From the sequence record NC_019517.1: a stretch of 64,000 bases of DNA; one strand, written 5' to 3'. Below are positions 20,381 through 30,013 of this stretch, piece by piece. Numbering within the stretch: the first letter of the stretch is position 1; each line of letters begins with the position of its first letter. Source of the stretch: Escherichia phage FV3. Both the position numbers and the translations under genes were made by a program. Below the pieces are notes generated by a model that was not told where the DNA came from, did no database searches, and saw only the letters and a program-made list of their open reading frames with translations.

Positions 20381-21058
20381 TTAAAAACTGAGTTTGCGTC
20401 TTGGGTGGCGAGGAGGTTGATTATTTAGACCACTGATAGGTGTAATCCCCTGAACATCGAACGGGCCGTTACTGTTTTCATTAAATTTAACCCGAATTCC
20501 TTCGTCTACACGAACACCACCAATGATAATCATTCTGCTGTAAGCATCTAGCTCAGAGTCTACATAGTCTGGGTGTGCCAGCAGCCAATCAAGGAAATCT
20601 TTCCACTGGGCGTAGGAAGATCCACCACGAATCTCTATGGTCTCATCACCTATCTTTTCCAGACGAGAAGTTATACTTGCGTTACCACTGGACACTTCCT
20701 GCATCATCAGCCACCGCACAAGTTGCACAAGCACATTGTACTTAAGCAGAGGTAGCTTATCAGGATCTGCCGGATAATTTAGTTTCAGCTTCTCCATGTC
20801 AAGGAATGTTTTAATTACTCCGTCAGGGAGCGTTTCCTCATCAATATTGCCAAGCAATAACCTCATAATATCAATAAGAGGTTGGTCTGGATCAGGTTCC
20901 GGAGGTACAGGATCTTCTTTTGGTGGTTCTTCTGGGGTATCGACTACACCATCATGGTTAGGCGGGGACGGGATAACCTCTTCATCTTCATACCATGCCA
21001 TTTGAAAATACCTCGTAAAAATAAAGCCCCATTCCTGATTTGGAAGGGGCCTTAACAA
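20381..21058 (-). CDS. Hypothetical head completion protein (225 aa)
   Basis: Position in neck module; Pro/Glu-rich N-terminal region. Confidence 0.3.
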   Translation of the reverse strand: MLRPLPNQEWGFIFTRYFQMAWYEDEEVIPSPPNHDGVVDTPEEPPKEDPVPPEPDPDQPLIDIMRLLLGNIDEETLPDGVIKTFLDMEKLKLNYPADPDKLPLLKYNVLVQLVRWLMMQEVSSGNASITSRLEKIGDETIEIRGGSSYAQWKDFLDWLLAHPDYVDSELDAYSRMIIIGGVRVDEGIRVKFNENSNGPFDVQGITPISGLNNQPPRHPRRKLSF

Positions 21059-21060
21059 AA

Positions 21061-21876
21061 TTATGCCAGTGCAGCCTCAAAATCTTTCATCATATTTTGG
21101 AAAGTTTTTGCCTTACTTAAGGTAACACCGTACTCTTTAGCAAAGGTTTGGAGTGCATCTTTTGAACCACTTTTGTCATCTTCGTTGTTAAGAGCTGCGG
21201 CCTGTTTAAGGATTTCATCCTTATTCTCAACAGCTGCAGATGCGAAAGAGGCTACAGCCACATCTTGTGGATCTGCTACAGGACCTTCACTGTCACCCTC
21301 AAGAGGTGGTTCCGGAACTTCAGGTTCAGGCTCTGGGGCCACTGTAGAGGTCAGCCCAAGATTTACAACCTGAGAGCGTTTCTTAGGCCATTCAATGGTG
21401 AAAGTTTGGGTATCTTCTTCATAAACAATGCTGCATTGCTCATCGTTTATGGTCACTTTTTTAGGCATCCCTACAGGGTCCCACAGATGTCCCTCTGCCA
21501 CGGAAACTTTGAAAGCAGCATCTACCTCTTTAAACACTGACGGAGTGAGTGTGATATTGACATCCCCGCTTTGCAGTGTTAAAGTGCTTTCATCAAGGTT
21601 CTCTGTGAAGAACAGAAGAATAACACCCATACGGATAGTTGAAATACCAGTATCAATTGGCAGGCCTGTATGTTTTGCAATCTTCTCGAAGAAGTCTACA
21701 ATAGTTCTGCATGGATAGTGAACACTGCCAATAACGAATTCTGTTGGTGGCAGCAAGGCTGATAAACCAACATTGATTTCTGGGTTATATTGTGCTAAAA
21801 ATTGATAGAAACTTAACTGATTGTTGAAAACTCTTAATAGAGGATCATACTCAACTGGATATACGGCTCTCTTCAC
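21061..21876 (-). CDS. Hypothetical structural protein (271 aa)
   Basis: ORF downstream of capsid terminator; contains a Pro/Glu-rich linker (APEPEPEVPEPPLEG). Confidence 0.3.
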   Translation of the reverse strand: MKRAVYPVEYDPLLRVFNNQLSFYQFLAQYNPEINVGLSALLPPTEFVIGSVHYPCRTIVDFFEKIAKHTGLPIDTGISTIRMGVILLFFTENLDESTLTLQSGDVNITLTPSVFKEVDAAFKVSVAEGHLWDPVGMPKKVTINDEQCSIVYEEDTQTFTIEWPKKRSQVVNLGLTSTVAPEPEPEVPEPPLEGDSEGPVADPQDVAVASFASAAVENKDEILKQAAALNNEDDKSGSKDALQTFAKEYGVTLSKAKTFQNMMKDFEAALA

Positions 21877-21896
21877 GGGACACTCCTGTTAAACCC

Positions 21897-21933
21897 TAAT
21901 AAATAAAAAAGGGGAGGGGAGAACCCCCTCCCC
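21897..21933 (-). terminator. Strong intrinsic terminator downstream of capsid gene
   Basis: G/C-rich hairpin (plus 21911-21933 ggggaggggagaaccccctcccc) followed on the minus strand by a long U-tract (plus A-run 21901-21910). Confidence 0.65.
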
Positions 21934-21957
21934 ATATGGGATGAATCACCTTAGTGA

Positions 21958-22968
21958 TTAGCCACCGTTTTTCAGAGTTACTTTAACAACCAACTCTGGA
22001 CGGGTGTTAACTGCCAACATGGAAGTTTCAGATTCAATCTTCTCTTCACGCAGGTATGCAGAGTGTTTGTACCACATGTACAGTTCCTGTGCTGGAGTGT
22101 TTGCTTCGTTAACATCATCTGCCGGAGCAAAGTGCAGCTGGAACATCTGATCAATACCCATCGGCAGAATGCGAGCTTCTTTCTTAGGAATATTGCCAGA
22201 GATATCTTCGATAAAGGTGATACCTTTATGTTCAAACACACGGTATACGCTGTCTTGACCGCCAGCACCCAGACGGCGACGCAGAGGTTCCTGAGCAGAG
22301 CCGTAGTAGGTGTATGCCAGTTCTACCAGCGGGTGATGAGTAACAGCGCTGAAGAACTCCGGTGAGCACAGAGCTACAATGCGATAGCCAGCTGCGTTGT
22401 CACCAGCTTGCAGTGCGATGTGCAGACGAGCTTCTTCCAGAACCTCCATAGGATCCTGATCTGCTTTTGCAGGGTCAATCTCAACAGACTTCTGAGACAC
22501 ACCCCACAGAGTGTAGTAATCATACTGGCAGGTAGCGTCACCCGGTGCATAGGATTTACCCAGAATAGCCTGGAACAGCGCTTTCTCACGCAGTGCTTCA
22601 TGGGAAACACGGATACGGCGAACAACGCGGGTTACTACGTCCTGAACAGTTTTCGGAGCATCAGGAGTGAAGTAACGACGGAAGTTCTGGACATCTGCAG
22701 CAGTGATGCCTTTATCCAGAGGGAAGAACGGGATGTTCAGGTTTTTAACCTGAGCACGTTCATTACCAACGTAGTTACGCTCACCACCACGACGGCGTGC
22801 CGGAATGTCGGTTACAACTTCATCAACACGCTCAATCTGAGCAATTGTTGAGGTGCCAAGACGAGTTTCGAACAGATCCATGCCGGTAATCAGGCGAAAT
22901 TGACGCGGAACAAGGTCCAGAGTAGCACCTAAATCGACAATGCCAAATTCATCTTTACGAGTAATCAT
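21958..22968 (-). CDS. Putative major capsid protein
   Basis: 336-aa ORF downstream of scaffold-like and small decoration-like ORFs and immediately followed by the strongest terminator of the module; size consistent with E-type or HK97-fold capsid proteins. Assignment by context. Confidence 0.55.
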   Translation of the reverse strand: MITRKDEFGIVDLGATLDLVPRQFRLITGMDLFETRLGTSTIAQIERVDEVVTDIPARRRGGERNYVGNERAQVKNLNIPFFPLDKGITAADVQNFRRYFTPDAPKTVQDVVTRVVRRIRVSHEALREKALFQAILGKSYAPGDATCQYDYYTLWGVSQKSVEIDPAKADQDPMEVLEEARLHIALQAGDNAAGYRIVALCSPEFFSAVTHHPLVELAYTYYGSAQEPLRRRLGAGGQDSVYRVFEHKGITFIEDISGNIPKKEARILPMGIDQMFQLHFAPADDVNEANTPAQELYMWYKHSAYLREEKIESETSMLAVNTRPELVVKVTLKNGG

Positions 22969-23019
22969 TTATTTCTCCAAAGTAAAACTTAAATATTTTC
23001 CCGAACAATTTAGGGCTTA

Positions 23020-23406
23020 TTATTCACCAAGAGTCTGGACGTGAACTTTGTTACCTAAAGCTTCCAACTTATCCAGAATTCTTTGGTCTGCTTTAGCTCC
23101 ATCTGCACCTAACAGCATGTCTTTTGCAAAGGTAACACCATGGACGGCAACAACCAGGTTATAGGATTGTCCTACTTCTAACGGTTTTGCAAGATGGACC
23201 GTACCAGCATCTTTGACAAGAGCACGGTCAACAAGAACGCCGTACACATCAGAACCGTCTGCGTTAGCGATGGTACCAGTTTTTGTTACAACAGTGCCAG
23301 CGTGGTGATGCTCTGTCAGTGTTACCTTAATCTCTTTAAAATTGTAGCCAGCATCGCTAGAATCAACTTTGCCGAGCACGATATCAGAATATTGAGCGGT
23401 AATCAT
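23020..23406 (-). CDS. Putative head decoration / accessory capsid protein (128 aa)
   Basis: Small ORF immediately upstream of the capsid candidate; context-based. Confidence 0.3.
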   Translation of the reverse strand: MITAQYSDIVLGKVDSSDAGYNFKEIKVTLTEHHHAGTVVTKTGTIANADGSDVYGVLVDRALVKDAGTVHLAKPLEVGQSYNLVVAVHGVTFAKDMLLGADGAKADQRILDKLEALGNKVHVQTLGE

Positions 23407-23426
23407 TTATTTCCCCCGTTAATGTC

Positions 23427-24404
23427 TTATTTGGTAGATTCTGCACGTGCACGAGCAAGTGCTTTTGCAACGTTTTCAGCAAGAATTTCTTCTGCGGATT
23501 TCGCAATATCATCCACAACAGGTTCGCCATCATTACCATGTTCAGTGGTGGCAAACTCTTCTTTGGTTTTATGCACCTCTGCTTCCAGCTCTTCAATTTT
23601 GGCTTGAGCTTTCTCCAGCATAGCTACGATAGGTTCGTTAGCTTTTTCCAGCATGAAGTCAACCAGGGTTGCGTGATCTTCTTCACCAACAAAGCTTAAA
23701 GCTTGAGCCTTAGTCAGCATTTTAGCTTTTTCAACTTCAACCTGGGCCTTGATGATTTCTTCAGCTTTACTCTGGGTTGCTTTCAGCTCTTCTACTTGCT
23801 TCAGCAGATCCAGATACTCTTTAGTTTTGGTTACGTCCACCGGATTCTCCTCGGTATTTGCGGATTTTGCAACATCATCCACCTCGGTAGTTTTATCCAC
23901 CTCAGCAGGTTCCTGTACCGCCTTGATCAGGTTCCCTTCTTTATCGAAGAGATCAGCGGTTACTTGTTCAAAAATCTGTTGTGTTTTTAACAGGCTGTAC
24001 TGATCTGCCACACTAAGCTGCTTGCCTTCTTTTGCAGCTTTATGAATGGTCACGTTATCACAACGCTCTTCCAGCCATGCAATACAAGACTCTGCGTCAG
24101 CTTGCGCCCATTCCCAATCAGGATGCTCTTTAGCCCAAGCCTCCTCTTCAATCTCAAAACCAAGCATGTGTGCAAGTGCTTTAGCATCATCATACCACAT
24201 ATCGAAGAAACGACGCAGGTATTCTTCAAAACTAAGCTCCACAGTAACTTGGCGAAGTGCCTTAACAATATCGTCTGTTAACTGCTCAGGCTTAAGATCA
24301 CTCTTCATCAAAAGAGATACAGGCCTGTTGTTAGCGCTATAGCCTTGCGCCTTATGGCACAGGGCAATCCCCTTCTCTTTAATAGTAATCGTTTTTTCAG
24401 ACAT
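23427..24404 (-). CDS. Putative scaffolding protein
   Basis: 325-aa highly acidic, helix/coiled-coil-rich ORF (KIEELEAEVHKTKEEF) between portal and capsid genes. Confidence 0.45.
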   Translation of the reverse strand: MSEKTITIKEKGIALCHKAQGYSANNRPVSLLMKSDLKPEQLTDDIVKALRQVTVELSFEEYLRRFFDMWYDDAKALAHMLGFEIEEEAWAKEHPDWEWAQADAESCIAWLEERCDNVTIHKAAKEGKQLSVADQYSLLKTQQIFEQVTADLFDKEGNLIKAVQEPAEVDKTTEVDDVAKSANTEENPVDVTKTKEYLDLLKQVEELKATQSKAEEIIKAQVEVEKAKMLTKAQALSFVGEEDHATLVDFMLEKANEPIVAMLEKAQAKIEELEAEVHKTKEEFATTEHGNDGEPVVDDIAKSAEEILAENVAKALARARAESTK

Positions 24405-24835
24405 TATTCATTGCCCTCTTCTACAACACTGATCCCGAAGTTTACGTTGGTAATTTCACCAGTTTCTTCATCAACATTACCTGTTGCCTGAATGCTTAGG
24501 CCACCAACAATGCCAGCCTTCTTAGCTTCCCATAATTCAGGATTATTGTATTTAACTTTAGCAACCCAAGAGCCAGCCTTGATGACCTGCTCAGTGCCAA
24601 TTACTACAACATCAAACTCTTCTTGAATCCACGTCTTTTCAATAGTGAAAGCATCTGTAGAGGTCAAGTGAAAAAGGTTTTCAGAAACTAGGCCTGCGGC
24701 GTATGCTGCGTCCCAGTTATCTTTAGCCTTTTTGATGGTGTCTTTACTCATCCACTCGCCGTGAGCATCTTTAGTGTCAGGTTCGTAGATGATTTCGTAG
24801 GAAATCATTTCTTCCTGTGGCATCTTATTCCCCAT
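24404..24835 (-). CDS. Hypothetical head morphogenesis protein (possible prohead protease)
   Basis: ORF between portal and scaffold-like genes; ORF-track start at 24979 overlaps the portal 3' end by 88 nt, so an internal Met (24835 or 24823) is more plausible. Confidence 0.3.
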   Translation of the reverse strand: MGNKMPQEEMISYEIIYEPDTKDAHGEWMSKDTIKKAKDNWDAAYAAGLVSENLFHLTSTDAFTIEKTWIQEEFDVVVIGTEQVIKAGSWVAKVKYNNPELWEAKKAGIVGGLSIQATGNVDEETGEITNVNFGISVVEEGNE

Positions 24836-24890
24836 GTGGATTATTTTATCACGCCAAAGGAGGTTTTGCAACCCCCTGTGTTGATAATTT

Positions 24891-26447
24891 TTAATTTTCC
24901 ATGTTGGATATGGAATTATCTCTGGTTGATGACATCTTAGAAGTGCCGTTGCCAGTGGATCCTGCAGCCATTCCATCACCAGCCCTACTAATGTCCTGGC
25001 CCAAGAGCTTCATCAGCTCTTCCTGATCCATGTCCTCGTCAAATCTTTCATCAAACCCGCCTACTTCAAGAATCTTATTAATTACTGCAGGAGTTTTTGG
25101 CAAGTAACCTACAGCACCGATCCTCTGGACAAACTTGGAGAAGCTCTCCATATCCACTTCTTCAATCAGACCAGGTTTCAGTTTAGGCATATCATCATCT
25201 TCAAGGATGATACCATTCAATGCCAGAAGCTGCGGAATAAGATCTTTATTGAAGGCCTCAGTGATAATATCTATATCACGCTGAACAAAATGACCATGGA
25301 TAGACTGTTTTGACTCAGACAGAGAGAAGGATCCAACGTTATCGTTACCGAGGTTAATAAAGCCAGCACCGAAACGGTCAAGAATCGCCTTCTTACGGGC
25401 ATCAATCAAATCTTTAGTGGAATACTGCTTACCAATACCGTCAACCCCCTTCAGGGTCATGGAGTAAAGCTCTTTACCAGACTTATCTCTATCAGACGGA
25501 AGTATAAAGAAACTTTGCTCACCACTATGGGCGTTTGCTGCGTCAAGCATAAGGTCTGCAACCATTCTCCCTTCCATTGAATTAGGGTCAATGCTGGCCT
25601 TGTTTAAAATATTGGAAGGAATTTTCAGCTCAAGCACACCACCAAGGTCTTTAGAACAGCCAACAACCTCAAGGTTTTCAATCAGAACTTTCTCACGGAA
25701 AGATCTGTAGCAACCTATCATCGGTGACACACCTGCAGGGTTAGATTCTGTTCCTGACAGGGTCATGAGCATAAGCTTTTTAGCAGGGATGAAAATTTCA
25801 GGCTCATTAAAGCCTTTTGAAGGCATTGCAGCAAGAGGTCCAGCCCAGCGTGCATTCTGAGTGTTTAGAAATGCATTAGGTGATTGATAAATACCTGTCA
25901 GTGTTCTACTATTCTTGTCAAAGACAAACGGCTCTGATCTGGACAAACTGGCCTGAGGTCGGAATGCAATTTTATCAATAAGAAGCATCCCGGCATATTT
26001 ACCTTCTTTCTCTCTGCGGTATACTTTCTCAAACAGTGAAAAACCATACTCGTTAAAGGTAGCTGCGCTTCTTGCAATATCTCGAAGAGTTTGTTGGTTT
26101 GCCAAATTACGCAAAGAATACTCTATAAGCTCGGCAGCTTTCTTAGAGTCTTCACTTTTAACATTATAGAGGATCTTAAAATCATTGAATGCTTTCGTGA
26201 TGAAAACATATTTTGTATCTAAGGCAGTAGCAACTGTGGAATCACATTTCATAGTCTCCACGGTGGCAATCAGCTGAGGCCAACGCAATTCCTCAACCAT
26301 CATAGATTGCGATTCTGCCATAATTTGGGAAAGTGCGCCAGAACCGATCTCACTCATACGAACATTATGAGTTGGTGCGCCTGCGTTCCCAGATTTATTC
26401 ACAGTTTTGGCTGTGGCGTTGTGTTTCCTGCGGTTCTTTTTGGACAC
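24891..26447 (-). CDS. Putative portal protein
   Basis: 518-aa ORF immediately downstream of the large terminase gene; size and position typical of portal proteins. Confidence 0.55.
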   Translation of the reverse strand: MSKKNRRKHNATAKTVNKSGNAGAPTHNVRMSEIGSGALSQIMAESQSMMVEELRWPQLIATVETMKCDSTVATALDTKYVFITKAFNDFKILYNVKSEDSKKAAELIEYSLRNLANQQTLRDIARSAATFNEYGFSLFEKVYRREKEGKYAGMLLIDKIAFRPQASLSRSEPFVFDKNSRTLTGIYQSPNAFLNTQNARWAGPLAAMPSKGFNEPEIFIPAKKLMLMTLSGTESNPAGVSPMIGCYRSFREKVLIENLEVVGCSKDLGGVLELKIPSNILNKASIDPNSMEGRMVADLMLDAANAHSGEQSFFILPSDRDKSGKELYSMTLKGVDGIGKQYSTKDLIDARKKAILDRFGAGFINLGNDNVGSFSLSESKQSIHGHFVQRDIDIITEAFNKDLIPQLLALNGIILEDDDMPKLKPGLIEEVDMESFSKFVQRIGAVGYLPKTPAVINKILEVGGFDERFDEDMDQEELMKLLGQDISRAGDGMAAGSTGNGTSKMSSTRDNSISNMEN

Positions 26448-26549
26448 AAGCTTTACCCCTCAAAACAGTATAACAAAATAGCCCTCGTGTTAGAGGGCTA
26501 GTATCTCCGATTACTCTATTCTACCACATCTAATTAAGATTGGCAACAC

Positions 26550-28097
26550 TTAGATAAAACGCTTGAACATAGAAGGTGATGAGATTGATGGAATCACACA
26601 AGGAAGTGCTACCTCCTCTTTCTCCAGGAAATTAATCGCAGAAGCTACACAGTCGGCCCAATCGTCTTTTCTGTTAAATGTTGATCTTTCCCCGTTGAAT
26701 TTTTCAAGTTCAGTCAGAAATGCTTCCAGAGTATCAGGATGGAAACTGGATTTTACAATCCTCACCATTCCTTGTTGGGCAAGATTGGCAAAAGGTGAGA
26801 ACCTTGTCAGTTTAGATTTGTTGGAAGGCATTGGGTCTTCTTCAACCCTAAACCCTTCGGCAAGCAAGGATCTGGAGGAGGTTAAGAACTCACTCTTACC
26901 TGCCTGACCGGGGTCCACAGAGAATACGATTATACAATCATCACCATCAAACTGCGCCTGTTTCCTGATGATCACATCTCGTTCACCAGCCTTTTTACAG
27001 AACTTGCCTTCCAGACCTGTGGAATACCTCCCGTCATCCACGTTCTCAGGACAATAATCCCCGGACAGGTAATAAAAGCCGTCGCTATCTTTACTTACCT
27101 TAACACTGGCGGTAAAGTCAGGAAATTTATTACCGGAAGTTCTCTCGGTTCCTGCTTTATCCCATGCCCTGCAAGACACTGATCCAAGGGGCACTCTATC
27201 GGCATCACGAAGGAAAGATCTTTGAAAATAGTTTGCACCCTCAGGCTTTGCAAACCAGTTACCATGGAGAAGCTGAGCTTTTTCAAGCTCGGGCAGACCT
27301 TCAAGGAAAGCAAGGTATTCTGGGTTGTCTCTTAAGCAGACAGGATTATCGAAGATTGTTGCGCCTATAAACGAGAATGACAACGGTCTCGGCTTGATCT
27401 CTACACCCAGTCCGTTAACCGTGGTGTATTTCTCTATCAACTCTTCTTTAGAGTCTCCCCAGATAAATTCACCGTCGCGTCGGATAAAATATCTTTTCTT
27501 ACCGCATTTCTCCGGATCTGGATACCCTTCATCGTCCAACCACCACCTAACCAGTTTGGCAAGCATGTGTTCTGAATCGGGGTTACAGCTGATAACCATT
27601 CTTGATGGATACTTTGACTGAGATCTCAGACGAGACATCAGATAGTCTATCTGCTCCCATTCGAACTGCGTGCCCTCATCGAAGCAAACCATGGTATACT
27701 CAAGCCCTTGATGGTTAAGCTTATCTTGTACATACTCCATGTGGCAGTATTTTACAACAGCTCCCTTTTTGCTTCTATCCCACTTGCCAGTGTTCGGATC
27801 AAACCGTGGAAAAATGAACTTATGATCCTTCTCTCTGAACTTTGGCTTAATGTTTTCAGGCAGATCACTATAAATAGCTACTGCTTTAGGCCATAGTCCA
27901 CCCTCACCTTCCAACTGTGGGGTTGTTCTTCGGAACATAACCACAGAGCTGTGGGGGTCATCAATAATTTTAAGTGGCATCAGCTGCAAGAGGAACGACT
28001 TGCCAGACCCTGCGGCACCGCCGATTACCAAAATATCTGCATCGTTTTCGAGGATCATCTTCTGCTTTTCAGAACACGGTCCGTAAATCTTAGACAT
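26550..28097 (-). CDS. Terminase large subunit
   Basis: 515-aa ORF with N-terminal Walker A (ILVIGGAAGSGKSF) and acidic Walker B-like motifs; C-terminal half has nuclease-like acidic residues; precedes the portal-like gene. Confidence 0.8.
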   Translation of the reverse strand: MSKIYGPCSEKQKMILENDADILVIGGAAGSGKSFLLQLMPLKIIDDPHSSVVMFRRTTPQLEGEGGLWPKAVAIYSDLPENIKPKFREKDHKFIFPRFDPNTGKWDRSKKGAVVKYCHMEYVQDKLNHQGLEYTMVCFDEGTQFEWEQIDYLMSRLRSQSKYPSRMVISCNPDSEHMLAKLVRWWLDDEGYPDPEKCGKKRYFIRRDGEFIWGDSKEELIEKYTTVNGLGVEIKPRPLSFSFIGATIFDNPVCLRDNPEYLAFLEGLPELEKAQLLHGNWFAKPEGANYFQRSFLRDADRVPLGSVSCRAWDKAGTERTSGNKFPDFTASVKVSKDSDGFYYLSGDYCPENVDDGRYSTGLEGKFCKKAGERDVIIRKQAQFDGDDCIIVFSVDPGQAGKSEFLTSSRSLLAEGFRVEEDPMPSNKSKLTRFSPFANLAQQGMVRIVKSSFHPDTLEAFLTELEKFNGERSTFNRKDDWADCVASAINFLEKEEVALPCVIPSISSPSMFKRFI

Positions 28098-28384
28098 TAA
28101 CCTCTCTCCTTTGGAAACAGTGTTCTAATATAGTCTTGCAAAATGATCAATTTAGCTCTATCATTGCTACAAGACAGATTATTATCCCTCATAATGCCAG
28201 AATTCACTGCATCTGGCGCACCTTTCTTCAAAGGCATAGCTTTAGCAGGTGGTTTCATGGCACCTTCTGGGGGTTTAACAATCAACCTTCCTACATCAGG
28301 AGGGTCAATCTTGTATTCTCTCTCAACGCTGGTTGCACACCCACATAATAACAAGCACACAATAAACAGTGTAGCAACTCTCAT
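28097..28384 (-). CDS. Outer-membrane spanin (Rz1-like lipoprotein)
   Basis: 95-aa ORF with lipoprotein signal and lipobox (LLLCGC), Pro-rich mature region; 4-nt overlap with the i-spanin-like gene. Confidence 0.55.
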   Translation of the reverse strand: MRVATLFIVCLLLCGCATSVEREYKIDPPDVGRLIVKPPEGAMKPPAKAMPLKKGAPDAVNSGIMRDNNLSCSNDRAKLIILQDYIRTLFPKERG

Positions 28385-28779
28385 TGATCCTCCTGATTGA
28401 TACTCTCATTATAAATATCTATAAGCTGATCAGGAAGTGTTGACTTCTTGCCTTCAGGTGACTGGAGGTAGATAATCTGCTTTTCTTTACCTGCCTTCTC
28501 AGCCATATTTAATTTATCCTGCAGATCAGAAAGGGATTTTTCAAGGTTTTTAACCTCCTCTGCGTGGCCCATTTTAATTTTGTCGGCCTGCTTTTGTTGC
28601 TGATCAAGGATCCGTTCCCACTTTAACTCTGTTGCTGACACACCTTCTTGGTAGGCATCATTAAGCTTAGAGTTAAACCAATACACGGCCCCAAGATAAG
28701 CTGTACCTAGCGCAGCTGCAAAAACTAAACCTTTTATGATCCCTCTATACCTGCTCAGCCATGTTAAAACTGAAATCAT
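28381..28779 (-). CDS. Inner-membrane spanin (Rz-like)
   Basis: 132-aa ORF with N-terminal transmembrane helix followed by coiled-coil periplasmic domain; immediately followed by a lipoprotein gene. Confidence 0.55.
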   Translation of the reverse strand: MISVLTWLSRYRGIIKGLVFAAALGTAYLGAVYWFNSKLNDAYQEGVSATELKWERILDQQQKQADKIKMGHAEEVKNLEKSLSDLQDKLNMAEKAGKEKQIIYLQSPEGKKSTLPDQLIDIYNESINQEDQ

Positions 28780-28794
28780 TTTAAGGCTCCAGAA

Positions 28795-28830
28795 ACGAAA
28801 AAACCCCGCAGCTATACAGCTAACGGGGCG
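28795..28830 (-). terminator. Intrinsic terminator between early/tRNA region and lysis-structural block
   Basis: Minus-strand GC hairpin (plus 28804-28828) followed by U6 (plus A-run 28798-28803). Confidence 0.55.
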
Positions 28831-28884
28831 GGTTAAAATTGAGTAACCTAAATAGATCGAAACTAACTAAAAGGAGACTAATAC

Positions 28885-29154
28885 TTATCGAGGCACTCGG
28901 TGGATGATTCTAACAGTAACTGCATTTTCATTCATCAAGTATGCATCTACATCTCTGTAAATATAAAACTTCTGCTCACTATCAACAACACAAGCTACCG
29001 CCCCTTCAGAGTTGTCTTCAAAAAAGACCACCACTGCATCGCAGCTGAGTTCATGATATGACTCTCGAAGATTTACAGCCAGAGGATTGAAATCGTCACG
29101 AAAATCTACGGTATGGGTTGGATTTACACGCTCTACAATTTTAAGTGTATACAT
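28885..29154 (-). CDS. Hypothetical protein (89 aa)
   Basis: ORF between tRNA cluster and terminator; no motif. Confidence 0.3.
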   Translation of the reverse strand: MYTLKIVERVNPTHTVDFRDDFNPLAVNLRESYHELSCDAVVVFFEDNSEGAVACVVDSEQKFYIYRDVDAYLMNENAVTVRIIHRVPR

Positions 29155-29200
29155 TTTAAAGGTTCCTTTTGTTTGTATATGTTTAAAGTATAACTAAAGG

Positions 29201-29277
29201 TGGTCTCCACGGAGTGATTCGAACACTCGACCTCCTGATCCCAAATCAGGCGCTCTACCAAGCTGAGCTACGCGGAG
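29201..29277 (-). tRNA. tRNA-Pro: tRNA-Pro (anticodon UGG)
   Basis: Hand-folded cloverleaf: 7-bp acceptor stem, T-arm with TTCGAAT loop, anticodon loop UUUGGGA, encoded CCA. Confidence 0.7.
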
Positions 29278-29288
29278 TATTTATAATT

Positions 29289-29363
29289 TGGTGGCCCTGG
29301 GTGGAATTGAACCACCGTCTGGCGATTATGAGTCGCTTGCTTGAACCTTCCAGCTACAGGGCC
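29289..29363 (-). tRNA. tRNA-Met: tRNA-Met/Ile2-type (anticodon CAU)
   Basis: Cloverleaf with perfect acceptor stem GGCCCTG/CAGGGCC, anticodon loop CUCAUAA, encoded CCA. Met versus lysidine-Ile cannot be distinguished. Confidence 0.65.
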
Positions 29364-29364
29364 A

Positions 29365-29440
29365 TGGTGCTGATAGCAGGACTCGAACCTGCAACCTATT
29401 GATTACAAATCAATTGCACTACCAATTGTGCTACATCAGC
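29365..29440 (-). tRNA. tRNA-Thr: tRNA-Thr (anticodon UGU)
   Basis: Cloverleaf: acceptor GCTGATG/TATCAGC, D-arm GCAC/GTGC, anticodon stem ATTGA/TCAAT with loop UUUGUAA, T-loop TTCGAGT, encoded CCA. Confidence 0.7.
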
Positions 29441-29447
29441 AAAAAGG

Positions 29448-29544
29448 TGCTAGGTGATGGAATCGAACCACCTATGTATTCAACGACTACCTCGTCTATT
29501 TTCAGGATTAAAAATCCTCGCCCTTGCCAAAGGGCTTACCTAGC
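29448..29544 (-). tRNA. Atypical tRNA-like gene (97 nt; possible UUU/Lys anticodon, about 30-nt extra arm, no encoded CCA)
   Basis: Perfect 7-bp acceptor (GCTAGGT/ACCTAGC), canonical D-arm (GCCC-TTTGGCAA-GGGC) and T-arm (GGTGG-TTCGATT-CCATC), but anticodon stem is 4 bp plus a mismatch and an unusually long region lies between anticodon arm and T-arm. Confidence 0.4.
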
Positions 29545-29642
29545 TCAGTATGTTGACCATGTTGCTAGTCGGCGATGACGACTGTAACATTTGATAATCC
29601 GGTTCTGCTTCCGGCTTTCGCTTAATTACAAGGTCAACAATA

Positions 29643-29733
29643 TGGCTGAGGGTAATGGAATCGAACCATCATCGAGTCATCCTCAACGGGACGGTTTTCA
29701 AGACCGCTTGAGCACCATTGCTCCCTACCCTCA
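29643..29733 (-). tRNA. tRNA-Ser: tRNA-Ser (anticodon UGA), class II
   Basis: 91-nt cloverleaf with long variable arm; anticodon stem GCGGT/ACCGT, loop CUUGAAA; encoded CCA. Confidence 0.65.
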
Positions 29734-29847
29734 TTTATAAACAATACTGATAATGACACTGATTTTCGAGCAGTTAGTGACTAGTATAAACGACGATAAA
29801 TATCAATGCCATTATCTGTATGATTTATGCATTTAAAAATATAAATT

Positions 29848-29934
29848 TGGTGGGGAGTGGTGGAGTCGAACCACCCGAGTCGCAATGACAATAGATTTAC
29901 AGTCTACACCGCTACCTCTACGGGATAACTCCCC
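29848..29934 (-). tRNA. tRNA-Tyr: tRNA-Tyr (anticodon GUA), class II
   Basis: 87-nt cloverleaf; acceptor GGGGAGT/ACTCCCC, anticodon loop CUGUAAA, T-loop TTCGACT, encoded CCA. Confidence 0.65.
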
Positions 29935-29938
29935 AATT

Positions 29939-30013
29939 TGGCACCCCGTACTGGACTCGAACCAGTGTCAACGGCTTAGAAGGCCGCTGCTTTATCCACT
30001 AAGCTAACAGGGC
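29939..30013 (-). tRNA. tRNA-Arg: tRNA-Arg (anticodon UCU)
   Basis: 75-nt cloverleaf; anticodon stem GCGGC/GCCGT, loop CUUCUAA; T-loop TTCGAGT; encoded CCA. Confidence 0.65.

Noticed and set aside
24836-24979. ORF-track N-terminal extension of ORF 24404..24979 over the portal gene 3' end
   Set aside because: An 88-nt overlap with the upstream gene is unlikely; internal Met codons (24835 or 24823) give conventional spacing.
29734-29847. AT-rich spacer between tRNA-Ser and tRNA-Tyr considered as an additional tRNA or promoter
   Set aside because: No acceptor/T-arm complementarity found and no convincing -35/-10 pair at proper spacing; treated as processing spacer.
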